A stretch of DNA of 60,000 bases from Botryllus schlosseri (lineage: Eukaryota). Position 1 is the first letter of the stretch, and every line of letters starts with the position of its first letter. Of this stretch, positions 25,765 through 38,625 are shown piece after piece. The stretch covers positions 23,314,001-23,374,000 of the forward strand of contig CM119372.1 of assembly GCA_051294905.1 (NCBI GenBank), read 5' to 3'. The notes under the pieces are model-generated. The model searched no databases, was not told the DNA's origin, and worked only from the letters and a program-made list of their open reading frames with translations. Position numbers and translations under genes: made by a program.

Positions 25765-26985
25765 GGGATAAGTAAAAATAACTCTTTTTTTTAATCGAAA
25801 AATGGAGTCCTTAAATCCCGACAAATGTCTTAAAACTTCAATAAAAATTGACTTTATGGGAGTGCCCCTATTTTCCAGCCAGCAACCCCCCAATTTCTGC
25901 GCGCGAGGGGGTAAAATTACCCATCTCGACAACCACTGGTCGAAAAGTCATGATTTATAGCTCAAAAGCTGCCAAAACATAATGCTTCTATCCGTCTTAA
26001 AAAGAAAGTTTTTTCTATTGTGAACACAAAACGAGTTACAGCCATTAAACAGTGAAATATTGAAGCGGGTAAATGTTAGTGCAGTGGTTCTCAAACTGGG
26101 GGGCGTGAAAGCATCTGAAGGGAGGTGCGAAGCTGCGGTCAACTGAAAAAGTTTTCCGCGCTTTGCGCGATTTACTTCCAATTCATGGTTATTGCTGTGT
26201 GTATAGTCCGAATTTCTTATTAGAGAATTCTCCCACCAATAATCATAACCTTCCATGCCATCAAACTATCCGTTGGGATTGCTAGCATTCTGGTTGCATG
26301 TTGTAATATGATGATAAAGGGAGCGCCAAATTTTTCACTATTATAAAAGGGGGCGTGTCCAAAAAGTTTGAGAATCACTGTGTTGTTGTGATTTACACAA
26401 AAATAGCTAAATAAATAATCTCATTTATAAAATCTTACTGGTAAAAGCTCACCACTCAAGGGGGGCCGACGACCACAGCCATGTTCTAGATCAGGGGTCA
26501 CCAACGTGGTACCCGCGGGGCCAGGGTAGCCCGCAAGGACCAGATGAGTCACCCGCGGGCCTGTTCTAAAAATAGATGGAGTAACAGCTCTTACCAGCGA
26601 GCTTTTATAAAAATAAGATTGATTTATTTAGCTGTTCTTGTGTAAATCACACTAACATGTAACTTAGTTACTCCCACCAATTACCCACTTCACAATTTTA
26701 CTGTTTTCTGGCTGTAACTCGTTTTGTGTTCACAACAGAGAAAACTATCTTCAAGGCAGATAGAAACATGATGTTTTGGCAGCTTTTGAGCTATATATGA
26801 TGAATATACGACCAGTGGTTGTAGCGATGGACAATTTTACCCCCACGCGCGCAGAAATTGGGGGGTAGCCGCCTGGAAAATGGGGGCAATTCCCTAACGT
26901 CAGTTTTATTGAAGTTTTAGGTCATTTGTCGGGATTTGAGAACCCCCTTTTTTCGAAAAAAGAAGAAGTTATTTTCACTCTGCCA
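25765..26985. mobile_element. Old element with ~310-bp diverged inverted arms and smaller MITEs nested between them
   Basis: 25765-26080 is approximately the reverse complement of 26675-26985 (AAATCCCGACAAATG..., AGCTCAAAAGCTGCCAAAACAT, GTGAACACAAAACGAGTTACAGCC); a CAGTGGTTCTCAAAC MITE lies at ~26082-26380. Confidence 0.6.
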
Positions 26986-27158
26986 TGCGTAATTTGCGTA
27001 TATTTGCCTCGTACTATATTCCATGCATGGTCGGCATATTCTATAAATCAATGCATCGTGTATGTATGGGCGAATAATGATAATAATAAAACGTAAAGAA
27101 GGTTTTCCCAATAAATGATGTGTATTCTGCTTGAGAAAATATCGAAGTTCATACGTAC

Positions 27159-27308
27159 TCTTTCTGCAAACACCCGAGAAAATGTTAAGAACCAATTCGT
27201 CAATGTCTCTCTGCGTCTTCAACACCTTTCCGGATAACGGGTGAATGCAGTGACATATCGATGCATGATCACATTTAACTGGAGCGAAATAACCATTTGC
27301 ATCGCAGG
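27159..27308 (-). CDS. Gene A exon 6: thyroglobulin type-1 domain, C-terminal part
   Basis: (S)CDANGYFAPVKCDHASICHCIHPLSGKVLKTQRDIDELVLNIFSGVCRK; acceptor tttttcag; putative donor gtacgt. Confidence 0.85.
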
Positions 27309-30300
27309 CTGAAAAACATGCCTTCTATGATTTATCTGCTACGTTCAAGGCGAGACCCGGCTGCGCATGAAATTGCTTCCGCGATTCGTTTCTGGTCACA
27401 ACCTGGGTTGCATTTAAAACAAAAATCAATTTAAAACAAACATGTTTAAAACATGGCCCTAACTCAAAACAAGGTTTTTATTGTTGTTTTTTTAAGCCAT
27501 GACGTCATGAATATTCAATTATGACATCATATTGTATTGACATTGTCAATTGAAAATACAGGGTAAATATATCGCTTATTTGGCGAAATATCTGTACTAT
27601 TAATGTTGAACTGACAATTTTGAGGGTTCCGACTATCCCATATCGATATACGTCGGCTATATCGGGTGGTAATTGTCCGTAGGCTCATAAAACATGTTTT
27701 TTCGAAAGTATTTACACAATTATGGCATAATTTTACAACTTGAAAAAAAAACAATTTTTTTTAATAAGGGCTTTTGTTTAAAACACCGTTTGTTTTAAAT
27801 GCAACCCTAAACTAGGGTTGCCATACATCCGGAATTTCGCAGTAGAAACTGCGTCCGGGAGGAAATTTTAAAATATGCCCAAATGTCCGGAATTTTGAAG
27901 GCTTGAAGTAGGCTAAAAATATAACAACATAAAAATACAACATAAAAATTTAGTTTTAAGCAGATTTATGCTATTCGAAAAAATTTTTCGCGATGCGCGC
28001 GATTTAATACTACGTATACTGATATTAATATGGGGACCACGCACCGCCCTCGCAAAAAGTGCATTCAAAAATAAATAAAAATAACCATCATTTGCTGAAA
28101 TAAGTCTAATTGTAATAGCAATTATATAATAACGGTATATTCCTAGAGTTGGTTAAGGCCATTTGGATGTTTTAGTTTAGTCAAAAACAATTGTTCTGAA
28201 CCTGGGGGTCGGTTGCCTTTATTCTAGAGATCGCGAAGATGTTGAACGTCATCAGTTTCCAAAATAGGCCGTGAGTAAGTCTGGGCAAGCTAACTCTTTT
28301 ATTAATCAGCCTATCATTTTTTGAGTTGGACCACGGAAAATTTTCAAATTTGAAATGAGCTCGCGGCCATAAAAGGTTGGAAACCACCGGATGTGTAGCC
28401 TACTGGTGTATTTTATAGTAATATGTTGAAGAGCCAATATTATTGACAAGAATTCATTCACAGATTTTAACAAGCAGATGGATATTCTACGGTAAGCCCG
28501 CAAGAAGTTGCATCAACTACCCTATGGTGGGCTTACGATTGGTACTTTTATGGGCGGAAGTGGACTGCTTTTAAAGTCGCCGCGCACAGAGAAAAACGTG
28601 TACCGCGCACAAGAAAGCTGTAGTGATGACCCTTTTTTTAGTTGTTGCGCACTGTTGTTCAAGGGACCGCGCAGTGAGTTGGTGAGTGCGCGCAGACTCA
28701 TGAAAAATTAGAGGGAACATTGGTTAGCCTACAATACACAACCAGATAACCGCACCGAACTAACAGCAGAGGTGGTTAAAGTAGTCAAGAAAGCTATTCA
28801 AGTAGAAGTAGAAGTAGTGACGAAAAATCTATCCAAGTACGAGTGGAAGTACTTCTTCCATAAGCCCCCTAAAACTACTTGAAGTAGAAGTAGAATTGAC
28901 CGACTTTAAATCTACTCAAGTAGTTTTGAAAACAGTCTTAATTCGTTCGCATGGACTGTCAAAAGCTGCAAATTGAGCTATGCGGAAGGTGCAGAGAGCT
29001 TGATTGGTATTGATGCATCCCATGAGGTATCAATTTTCGACAGAATAAGCATTCTTTCGCACCATGGGATGCAAATTATAGTATTGATATGAAAATGCGA
29101 TACTAACCCTTTGTTTACTAGATGACCACGTTTTAGAGAACATCATGGCATGGCGCCCTGCCCCATATTATAAGGCTCCAAGTTTAGGTGAAGAGCAATA
29201 CGGAGAAGTTGTACCGGATACGGTTTCAACACTGTGCGCGATTATTATACGTTAATAACAAATATTTTGGATCGTAAAATTTATATTTAGAGTAGCTTTA
29301 TTTTCAGAAAATAGAGGCATTACTACAGTTGCTTTTATTCTTCAATATGTATGTTCTACAGACAAAAGAACTGAAAGTAATTAGAACTCAAAGTATGATA
29401 TTCGGAATTGAAACTGAAATACAAATACCACTTCTAAAAAGCGGAAAATATATTTCATGTCTTTTGTCCATAAAGCTTCAAAGGTGATCTTATAAAACAG
29501 GTGTAACGTTAAAAAAAGCCGGATTTTCCTGATTAGCAGGAGACGCCATGGGCTGCTAGATTACGATATGATAGATAATTGCTAGATTGCGAAACGGTGG
29601 CCATATTTACTGTGATGAAATATTTGATATCGGCGACAATGCGGTGTGAACGGAACCAAGCAATCCGGTACCTAAATTATATTCAGTGATACTTTCGTGA
29701 AAATATATTTGTCACTCCATAACTACTGTACGCGAAGTGCAACAAAATTTTCTGACTTTTCTTGACTCTAATGAATATTAGATGTTGGCACTCCGTGAAA
29801 GCAGCTCCGAAATTCCTCAGGATATATTTTGTATTTGGGGAATAAACTACTTTTACTTGACAAACTGAAAATAGCGAAAAGTAAGTAAGTAGATCACAAA
29901 ATATTACGAATTAGAAGTAGCAAAAATCAGATCCACTTGAGTAAGTACCAGAAGTAGAGGAAAACTATGTGAGTACTTCCAAGAAGTAGAAATACTTCGT
30001 TACAGATCACCTCTGCCTAACAGTATAGCAGGCCTGTCAAACACACAACCGGCGGACCGGATAACGTCCACCATGCAGACGATTACATCCGACCGCGAAG
30101 AAATCTGTTGCAGACCCAAGTAATAACCAGAGCTCGCATTAGAGATGGCCCAATTCAAAACCTATGTTCCGCTCCGCTCCTGTACATTCGATGGGCGAAG
30201 CTTTGCTATAGTGTAACGTCATAATCAGCTAGTGGGCGCTATATTTTATCCACAAAAATATGGTAACCTTACCCTAAACGCAAAAGTTAATTCTCTCCGA

Positions 30301-33300
30301 AGAAGACTTGTCCCAATCCGCGGAATATCTTATGCAGTAGCCCAGGAATAGGGAACCCATGACTTAAATTTCAGTGATTTGAACACTTCAGATTAGACAG
30401 CATGCTAGCAATATACGTGAAGCACAAACACTTTGTATTAATTAAAATAATACCAATTCACTCACAAGGTCGTTCTCTATCAGTGAGTACAAAGTCCCGG
30501 CCTTCGGTGTTCTCAAAAGATGCTATTAGAGCTCTCATGCAAGGAGTATCAACAGGAGGCGGTGAGGGCACTGGTGGTGTGGGTCTTTCCGGCAGCGTCA
30601 CAGCACTAACAATGAAAACGTCGTTAAGGCCGGAACGAAAAACTGACATCTCGGTTGCATCGCACAGTACCAATTTAGAAATCATATTTCATTCACAGTG
30701 TGCGTTTACACTGAGCTTATAATTCAAGAATATGGTGGGCAGTCGTCAATACCAGGATCGCTTCCACAGCTTATTTGACATAACCGGAGATATAGGACGT
30801 TATCATCCCTCCCAAGCACGCTGAAGAGAATATGACAACGGAAAGCTTCGAACTTCTTACAGTTCGTTAAATATAGCCCCACCAGGTGAAGTTCAGCTTT
30901 TCCTCGTCTGATTTGTCAAGACAGTCGTCAACGCCGTCGCACAAATACGCACTCGGTAAGCAAGACTCCCCGCGCGATGTGTTGCACGAATATGTGTAGA
31001 CACTGCAATCTGTCAAAGTCAGGCGTTTATCTATGGGCAGGAACCCTCATAGCCTATTTAATGCTGTCAGCAGAGTATCTTTAAAGGCCCATAGGAAGAC
31101 ATCAACCATACAAATCCTCAGGAAAGACTAATAGATCGATACATGGACATCGAGTGGAGGGGGGTAATGTTACTGCGTGAAAACATGTTTAATAGCTTCT
31201 TGGAGGTATAGAACTTCAATATACAATTGACAAGCATATTCATATTGAAATGAACTCGAAAATTTTCGGCTGGAAAGTACATTGTATATCAACAATCGTA
31301 TCACATAATATGACGTCGCCGGCATGAAATTTCCAATAATCGGGGCGGAGAGAGCGCGAAGCGAGCGCGAAGCTCCAAATTGGAGCCTTGGAGTCGGCCA
31401 ATCAAGCATGTGCCTATAGACAGAGTTTGTGTGCCATCTAAAAATAGTAGCCTACATTAAGCTTAAGCGCTCTCTCCGCCCGATTATTCGAAATTTTATG
31501 CCGGTGACGTCATATTTTGTGATACGATGCTCTTTCCAATTCTCTACTATAGTTGCTGACGATTATCCCTGACGAGTGTCAGCCGAAAATATTCGGGTTC
31601 ATTTCAAGTACATGGTTAATATTATAACAAATCCCACATGTAGAAACGAATGTATGAAACGAATATAAGAATATACTTTCTCATATCATATCTAAAACTA
31701 ATCAAGTAATTGCAGAAAATTTCTACTTCGCATTGCCAGCAATAATATCCAGGCTGTAGGCCCAACGGCATAGGGCAGTAATCGGGAACCTTCAGCGTAT
31801 AAAGAGCCATTTAAACCCATTTTCAGTCATATAAGATCATCCGAGTCGCAAACTCTAGTGAGCCGATCCGACGTCTTATGGAAATGGTCGAAACTCCATT
31901 GTAAGAATAACACCTCTTCGAATCTTCCAAGCTTAGGCTACAGTGTGCTGGCTGCTGATGTTGTCGACGCTAACACAGGATAGATACCGGAATCATCAGC
32001 AAATAATAAATGGAATATATGCATTATGCAATCTCAATATGCGTTTATGCGTTTCGGTTTCGCTCATTTATTTTAAATCTTAATGGTGATAGGCAACGAG
32101 CGCTGATGAGAATCGTTCTATGGTAATACCAAGAATTGTTCCGCGAAGCTGGAAGAAAATTGTCAAGTTCAATAAACCTGTCCCGAAAGTTATTATTGTA
32201 TTGCAAGAAAGTCGACTGATAGCCCACTGATAGCCTGAACGACCAGAAGAAGATGAAGTGTCACGGGCTATGACCTCGCGAGGGACAAGAGGCAAAGGGA
32301 AAGCACTGACTCTGAAGATTATATCCAGCCAACCAGAAGGTTCAATAGCTACTAGGGTGAAATAAAGGGAACGGACTCGTGTATCAGCTGCGGCAGGCCG
32401 ATTGCATTCTCGAACCAAAGCTCGGTATGTACCTGTATGCAATGTCAAACTGAAAATTGTATTATGCAGGCGTTCTGCAACACGAAAGATCAATTCATCG
32501 TGACGGGCGAACAATTAACTAACAATACAACAATAATCTGCGGGACCTGCAAAAGCGAATGCCAAATATCTAGCTGCTGTGGTAACCTAATCCGAAATGA
32601 GGATGCCAAGTTTTACAAATCGTGCGCAAGGTGCACGAAATCGAAGAGGCAAAAGTCCGCAAACATTAACAAGTAACGTTCATTATGGCAGGTCCGAATA
32701 TTTTTAAGATACTAACAATCAATGTCAACGGAATGAGTCTAGACAGTAAAAGAGAACTAATATTTAAATAAATTAAGGACACAGGCGCCGACATAATTTG
32801 TCTGCAAGAAACGCACTCCACCCTGGATACTGAAAGAACTTGGGCTGCAGAATGGAAGGGAAAGTCATTTTGCAATTCCGGAAACGGGAAAACGGCAGGA
32901 ACAGCAGTTCTACTAACGCACAGAAGGAAATCATACAGAACACTGAACCAGACGATGGATACGGAAGGAAGAATACTACTAATCCGAATCAAGTCATGTA
33001 AAATCAATCTCACTATCACTAACGTATACGGTCACAATAACAGAACAAAAAGAAGAGCACTCTTGCGTCAACTCGCAACAAGAATAAGCAGGAAAGAACG
33101 GCACGACAGCTGCTAACTCGACCGCGAACCGCCCAACATAACAAGACTTGGAGAAGACGCCCGATACAATCGCTCAGTAATGAGGACCATAGGAGTGACC
33201 GACGCATTTCGTGACACAAATGGGGATAAAAAAGACTACACATATTTCTACCTTAAGGAAAGTCCAGATTGGACAGGATCTACACCTCGAAAGGTATAAT

Positions 33301-36300
33301 ACCTCTAAATTGCAAACATATAACCTGCACCCTTACAGACCACGACGCGGTGACTGCGACCTTGCGCGTAAAAGGAAAGAGTCCGAGGCCTATAATTCAT
33401 GGAAGAATAACACACAAATATACGAAAAGGAGGCGTTCCAAAATGACTTCCAAGTAAAATGGCGAAGATGGAAGACGCTGCATCCAGCCCAGGAATATAT
33501 AGAAGTTCTATATATCCCTGATCCAGCCATATACGAAACAAAAATCGAATGGTGGAAAGCCGTCAAGAGGAAATCAAAGCACCTCGCTGTGAGACACGCA
33601 GGGGAAACCCTAAAAGAAAAGCAGATCATCAGATTGAAGGAGGAGAAAGAGCTCGAAGAGGTAAGACAAAATGTTCTACGAAATAACATCTCTGAACATC
33701 TCTTCCATACAGAAAAATAAAGAAGAAAATATGGAAGAGGAAAGCGGGAGAGCTATCCAAGCTTCAGGCGGAAGCAAAAGCCTAGCGAGAAACGATCCTG
33801 GACAACAATCCTTACTTCCTTTGTCAGACTATAAGGAAGAGGAAGGAGGCGGTGAACATCGAAGAACTAAAAGACGCAAATGGAACAACAACCTCGGATG
33901 ACGAACAAATAAGAACAATCATCGAAAAATACTACACTGAGCTATACGGTGAGAAACAAACAAACCAACCAACAAACTGCAAGTAGTTTTCTCAGGTATC
34001 AGAAAAAACAGCTAACGATGTAACAGCAGGAGAAAATAGACGCTCCCATCACCGAAGATGAGGTCCGTTTAGCCATTGCACAACAAAACAGGAATCGAAC
34101 TCCGGGGGAGGATGGGATCAGCGTGGAATTATAAATTGAGAACAGAGACACAATAGCCGAAGATTTGACCAACGTGTTCAATGAAATTTACACTACGCAG
34201 GAAGTATCGAGCGGCCTCGCAAGAGGAATTCTTAAAGGTCATTTACAAGAACGGTGATGCAAAAAAATATAGAAAATTACAGACCAATAACACTTTTGAA
34301 CTGTGACTATGAAATACTAAGCAAAATTCTTTCCAACAGAGTAAAGGCGGCGCTGCCGAACATCACGCATCGGCGCTGCCGAACATCACGCATTCGTAAA
34401 CCAGCCCAACACCATTGGGCAGCTGAGCCTCTTGATCAGGGAAGCAGCATCAGAAATGAGATCCAAAGAACAAGGCGCGATAATATCTATCGATTTCAAA
34501 AAGGCATACGACACGGTAGATCACAATTACCTACAGGAAGCACTAAAAGCGGCAGGCTTCGGGTCAACCTTTCGTGAATTCTACCGGCAAGTATACGAAA
34601 AGAGCAAATCGCGAGTTGGAGGGAGAATTGGTAACGAAATAGAAATTCAGACGGGAATTAAACAAGGCGAACCTATTTCCATGTATCTGTTCACCATTGT
34701 CACCGAATCTTTGTTACAGAGCCTCAACCAGAACCTAGCCGGGTACAAACTGACCGGACTCAGGAACAGAATCACCACCCCGGCGTACGCCGATGACGTG
34801 ACAATAACGCTGGCGAAAGTACAAGATTGCGAAAAGGCCGTGCGCATCATCACCCATTTCGGAAAAGCAAGCGGACTACAAATTAATTGGGAAAAAAACA
34901 AAAGGAATAAAATTTGGAGCAGAAGGCCAGTACAATACAACATAACGGCGATCAAATGAGCCGATGAGGTTAGTATATTAGGAGCAACAATAGCCCACAA
35001 ATTGCAAGCAACGGAACAGCAATGGGAAGCGGCAATTGACAAAACAGATCGAAGCATTCAAGAACTGAAAAAGATGAAATTTCAAAGGTATGAAAAAATA
35101 GAACTAACAAGGACCAATATTCTTCCTTTGTTCGCATATTACGCCACCACCTCGAGAATGCCGAAGGACCTGAAGACCAAACTGAGAGGACTCATTATGT
35201 CATTCCTGTTCGGCATGGAGAAGAAGGGGGATTACAACTAGACAATTCAAAAGGAGTAGATCGGAGGGCTAGGCTTGACCGATATACCAAGAATCAAGGA
35301 TCTCATCTTCATCAAGCCTGCGATCCAGTATTTAAAAGACTCGGGGAAAAACACAGAGACAGAAAATGACGGAAGATTGGAGCACCAGCTGGCAATCATC
35401 CTCAACAGGAACAGAAAAAAACAAATTACCTAATAACAGACCTCATGCATTTCAGCCGCAACCACACTGGGTGGAAGTGAACGAAACAATGAGGGAACTG
35501 GGAACCCTGGACGCAGACTACGAAAAAGGAAGTTCGAAGGACACATACCGGGCGACAATCGCAAGGCAACACAGAAGGGAAATCATGGACATGGAAGGCC
35601 CGAGCTGGAAGAACGTACGGGCAAAATACCTCACGCGAAAGCAAAGAGACTTCAACTGGGATGCGGCGCATCAAATACTTCCAACCATGGATAAGTTGAA
35701 CGCACGCCTGGTCACACCAACATGTAAGTGTGTGCTCTGCGAAATCCGAAGTGAATCTCATGTCCATATTTTTACCCAGTGTGATACAATTACACCAGTT
35801 CTAAACCTCATTTTAGGAGCGTGGGAACAAGTCACGGCAAATACCGAACAAAGAGCGAACATGCAGACCATACTTCATATGGCACATAAACGACCAATCA
35901 GGGAAGGCCATGAGCGAACTCTAATGATTCCAATCTCTATGTTCAAACAGGCGATATGGACTGGAAGAAACAAGAAGCTACACGAGACGCGCAAGATAGA
36001 TCGCCAGTGGCTGCTGAATTCCTTCAAGCGGAGAATAACGATGAGGAAACCGATCCCGCAAGACCCGCAGCTAGAAAACATCATCTCGAACATAAAGAAC
36101 AACATAATGGGGTGCACCTTCCGATGAAGCGAAGCGAAATTGAAATTCGGAATTATTGAGTTTATGAAATTTGAGTGTTGTGCCTTCTTACCGCTATGTG
36201 CTTTCCATTGTGGAATTTAACATACCATAAGAGCGTAATCAACAAAATGTAGCTTTCGAATAATAGCGAACGTGAAATCGCGGATCGGTAGGCCTATACA

Positions 36301-38458
36301 TTCGTAGTTGTTGTACTCGCAACTTCATACCAGTGATGACATCAATGTTCTTTATGGTGCGAAATGGTCTCGGTTGATAAACTGAAATCTCGTATAAAGT
36401 CCCTGGTTCCAAAACATCCCCGGTATTGATGTAGTAGTAGCCGTCGGCTTGTCGGTCTCTCTTTCCTTTCAGATTTTTAGTGTATGCGGCTTGTACGTCA
36501 GCAAGAAACTATAAGCACAAAAATGAATAACAAAAAAGTTCAGTCACAATCTAGAAAATTTTCAGTCGGCCAACTCGCGGAAAACCGTCCGCACCTCGGC
36601 AAAATGCACACAGTCAGAGCTCGTGAAATCTAAAATCCAAGCGATATTGACCGCCCGCTCACCACCAAATAAATACTTTCAGGCCATTTGCCGCTGTCAG
36701 TATTCCGAGCCTATTCCGACGACGATTTACCGATAGATTCGCAACTGCCTCTAGCCAATACAGTTATCCCTCAATGTCGTTAAATAGGCTGTACATCGGC
36801 CCTAACACCACATATACATACCAGTTGAGGAAAGTTGTTTATGCCGACATAGTGCGAAAGGCGTCAAATCACAAATTACCAAGCCAAATGCCCAGAGAAA
36901 GTGCTGGAATTTGAAAATGCGACCATCATAATTATGAGCCAGTATCAAAATTTGTTACTATTCCTTCCTTCGATAATCCAATTTCTTCAACGATCATCAT
37001 CATCATCATTGGTTTATTAGCAATTTTATCAGTTCAATACACCACAAAAAATGCGATACAATGAAAAGACAGGAAGATGTCGAAGCGACAAAGAGCAGTC
37101 TATGGAATCTGACACCCACCTTGGCCTAGGCGATGTAAAGAGGAGGCATGCACACTGAATGAAAGTAAAGAAGATAGTATAGAAAAAAGAAAGCGACAAT
37201 AAATAGGGCGGCATGTCATGGGAAGCGAGATCGATAGGTCAGTCGTGGTCCGGTAATCTTGAGGATGGACTGTATTTATTTAGTAGTAATTGCTTGTATT
37301 TCGACTTGAATGTGGACATAGCCTACTCGTCGACTGTCGGATGGCCGGCGGGATACTGTTCCACACATCAGGTCCGGCATATTTGATAGAGCGATGATCT
37401 TTTCGGTCGATCATATGATATTTGGACGACGTGGACGCGCGTGTGTTGTACTTGTGTGCACGATAGCCTATTCGCAGCAAATTTTTACGTTACGGCCTAT
37501 CATAACTCCGGGTAATTCCATTCTTACTTTGACTTGGACGTTGACGAGGTACTTGCTGACTTTGCGCAGATGTCTGAAGCGAGCTTGGATCGAGGTCTGA
37601 TTTTTCTGCGCAAGACACAATGTACAGACATCAACATTGTAGAATTTATATGCATTTGAAAGGTTCGGGAACGGACGCAGTCTCTGTCATTTTCTATGCA
37701 AATGTGAGCCCGGATTCAGCCATCTATGAGAGGCATCATATCGAATAATAAAATGGTCTCCTTCTTCTCGGAAGACAAATATTTCCGGTAGTGATTACGC
37801 GTCACATATTCAATGCCACTACTCACGAACAACGGACATTAGGGTTGTTCAAAAAATTACTTTTTTTTTCAAGCTTCACTCGCTTAGTGATAAAATTGTC
37901 ATGTTGCCTAAAAAACGCTACACACCAAATTTGGGTCAATTCCGACCAGTAAAGACCGTGCAATCTTAAATTGAAATTTCGGCCATTTTTAAATTTATAG
38001 TATTTACGGTGAAAAATTTTGGCACTTCGATATGACTAAATATCGTGTTCCAGGTATGCCTGAAGGGAAAGTGATGCTTTTTTCACGGGTTTACATCTTT
38101 CTAACCTCAATTTGGTGTGTAGCGTTTTTTTTTTAGGCAACCTGACAATTTCATCACTAAGCGGATGAAATTTGGAAAAAAAAGTTATTTTTGAACAATC
38201 CTATTGGACATTGACGCCATCCGTTGAATTTAATCGCGATGGCGGTATCAAATTGAAGTCAAGCTTTAGCCCTATTGATATCATTTGATATATTTATAAA
38301 CCGTTGTCATAAGTCTACGAAACCCCTATTTTAAATCTAAATCAGAATATTACCGATAATATTTCAATCTGGAATTGATCGTCTGTCCGCCACGGTTTCC
38401 ATGCATCAACGGTCATAGTAAGCAGACAGCAGAAGACCGCGAAATGTAAAACACTCAT
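27159..38458 (-). CDS. Gene A (spliced): secreted FN3-like / LDLa / Pro-rich / thyroglobulin type-1 protein; 3' end unresolved
   Basis: Exons 38354-38458, 37528-37605, 36331-36508, 30883-31009, 30466-30605, 27159-27308; all GT-AG and in frame; four exon lengths (78/178/127/150) identical to paralogue B. Confidence 0.85.
28767..30015. mobile_element. hAT-type element with CAGAGGTG termini and AGTAGA subterminal repeats (intronic)
   Basis: TSD ACTAACAG/CCTAACAG (7/8); related to the 266-bp MITEs at 44049 and 46269. Confidence 0.75.
30466..30605 (-). CDS. Gene A exon 5: Pro-rich linker and start of thyroglobulin type-1 domain
   Basis: AVTLPERPTPPVPSPPPVDTPCMRALIASFENTEGRDFVLTDRERP; ttag acceptor, gtgagt donor. 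Confidence 0.85.
30883..31009 (-). CDS. Gene A exon 4: LDL-receptor class A repeat
   Basis: DCSVYTYSCNTSRGESCLPSAYLCDGVDDCLDKSDEEKLNFT(C); canonical C..CDG..DC.D.SDE motif. Confidence 0.9.
31243..31610. mobile_element. Palindromic MITE (intronic)
   Basis: Inverted arms TGAAATGAACTCGAAAATTTTCGGCTG...ATATGACGTCGCCGGCATGAAATTTC versus their reverse complement at ~31465-31610. Confidence 0.65.
32150..36200 (+). mobile_element. Decayed L1/Tx1-clade LINE retrotransposon in an intron of gene A (antisense); boundaries approximate
   Basis: ORF2 from ATG 32685: APE endonuclease (KILTINVNG, DIICLQETH), RT (NYRPITLLNCDY, SIDFKKAYDTVDH, GIKQG, YADD), C-terminal C..C...H...C zinc finger; stop at 36127. 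Confidence 0.92.
32685..36127 (+). pseudogene. LINE ORF2 (endonuclease-reverse transcriptase), disrupted
   Basis: Split across track ORFs 33211, 34254, 34432, 35002 and 35366 by frameshifts and stops. Confidence 0.9.
36331..36508 (-). CDS. Gene A exon 3: FN3-like domain, C-terminal half
   Basis: FLADVQAAYTKNLKGKRDRQADGYYYINTGDVLEPGTLYEISVYQPRPFRTIKNIDVIT; L.PGT.Y.ISV is the FN3 tyrosine-corner motif. Confidence 0.85.
36990..37490 (-). mobile_element. 5'-truncated CR1/L2-group LINE 3' end with (ATG)n tail
   Basis: HKYNTR...RSIKYAGPDVWNSIP resembles the ORF2 C-terminus of this group; 3' UTR shared with 53070-53240; (CAT)n at ~36994-37010. Confidence 0.7.
37528..37605 (-). CDS. Gene A exon 2: FN3-like N-terminal strands
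   Basis: KNQTSIQARFRHLRKVSKYLVNVQVK; gcag acceptor, gtaaga donor; 78 bp as in paralogue B. Confidence 0.85.
37840..38203. mobile_element. MITE with TAGGGTTGTTCAAAAA termini, largely palindromic
   Basis: Inverted termini; imperfect TSD ACGGACAT/TTGGACAT; relatives at 55536-56404 and ~57370-57850. Confidence 0.7.
38354..38458 (-). CDS. Gene A exon 1: start codon and signal peptide
   Basis: MSVLHFAVFCCLLTMTVDAWKPWRTDDQFQIEILS followed by gtaata donor. Confidence 0.8.
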
Positions 38459-38625
38459 ATCATATATATGTAGGCTACTTCAAAATCTACAGAAATACTC
38501 ATCCAAGTTGTTTCATCTACTCAATCCGCAGTTCTTAAAGTTCATGCATTCCACAAAGTTACGTATGTTCCGTGCACAAGGCATGCGTAAGGCTCGGTCA
38601 TTCCTAACGTGATCCAGTTAAATTA

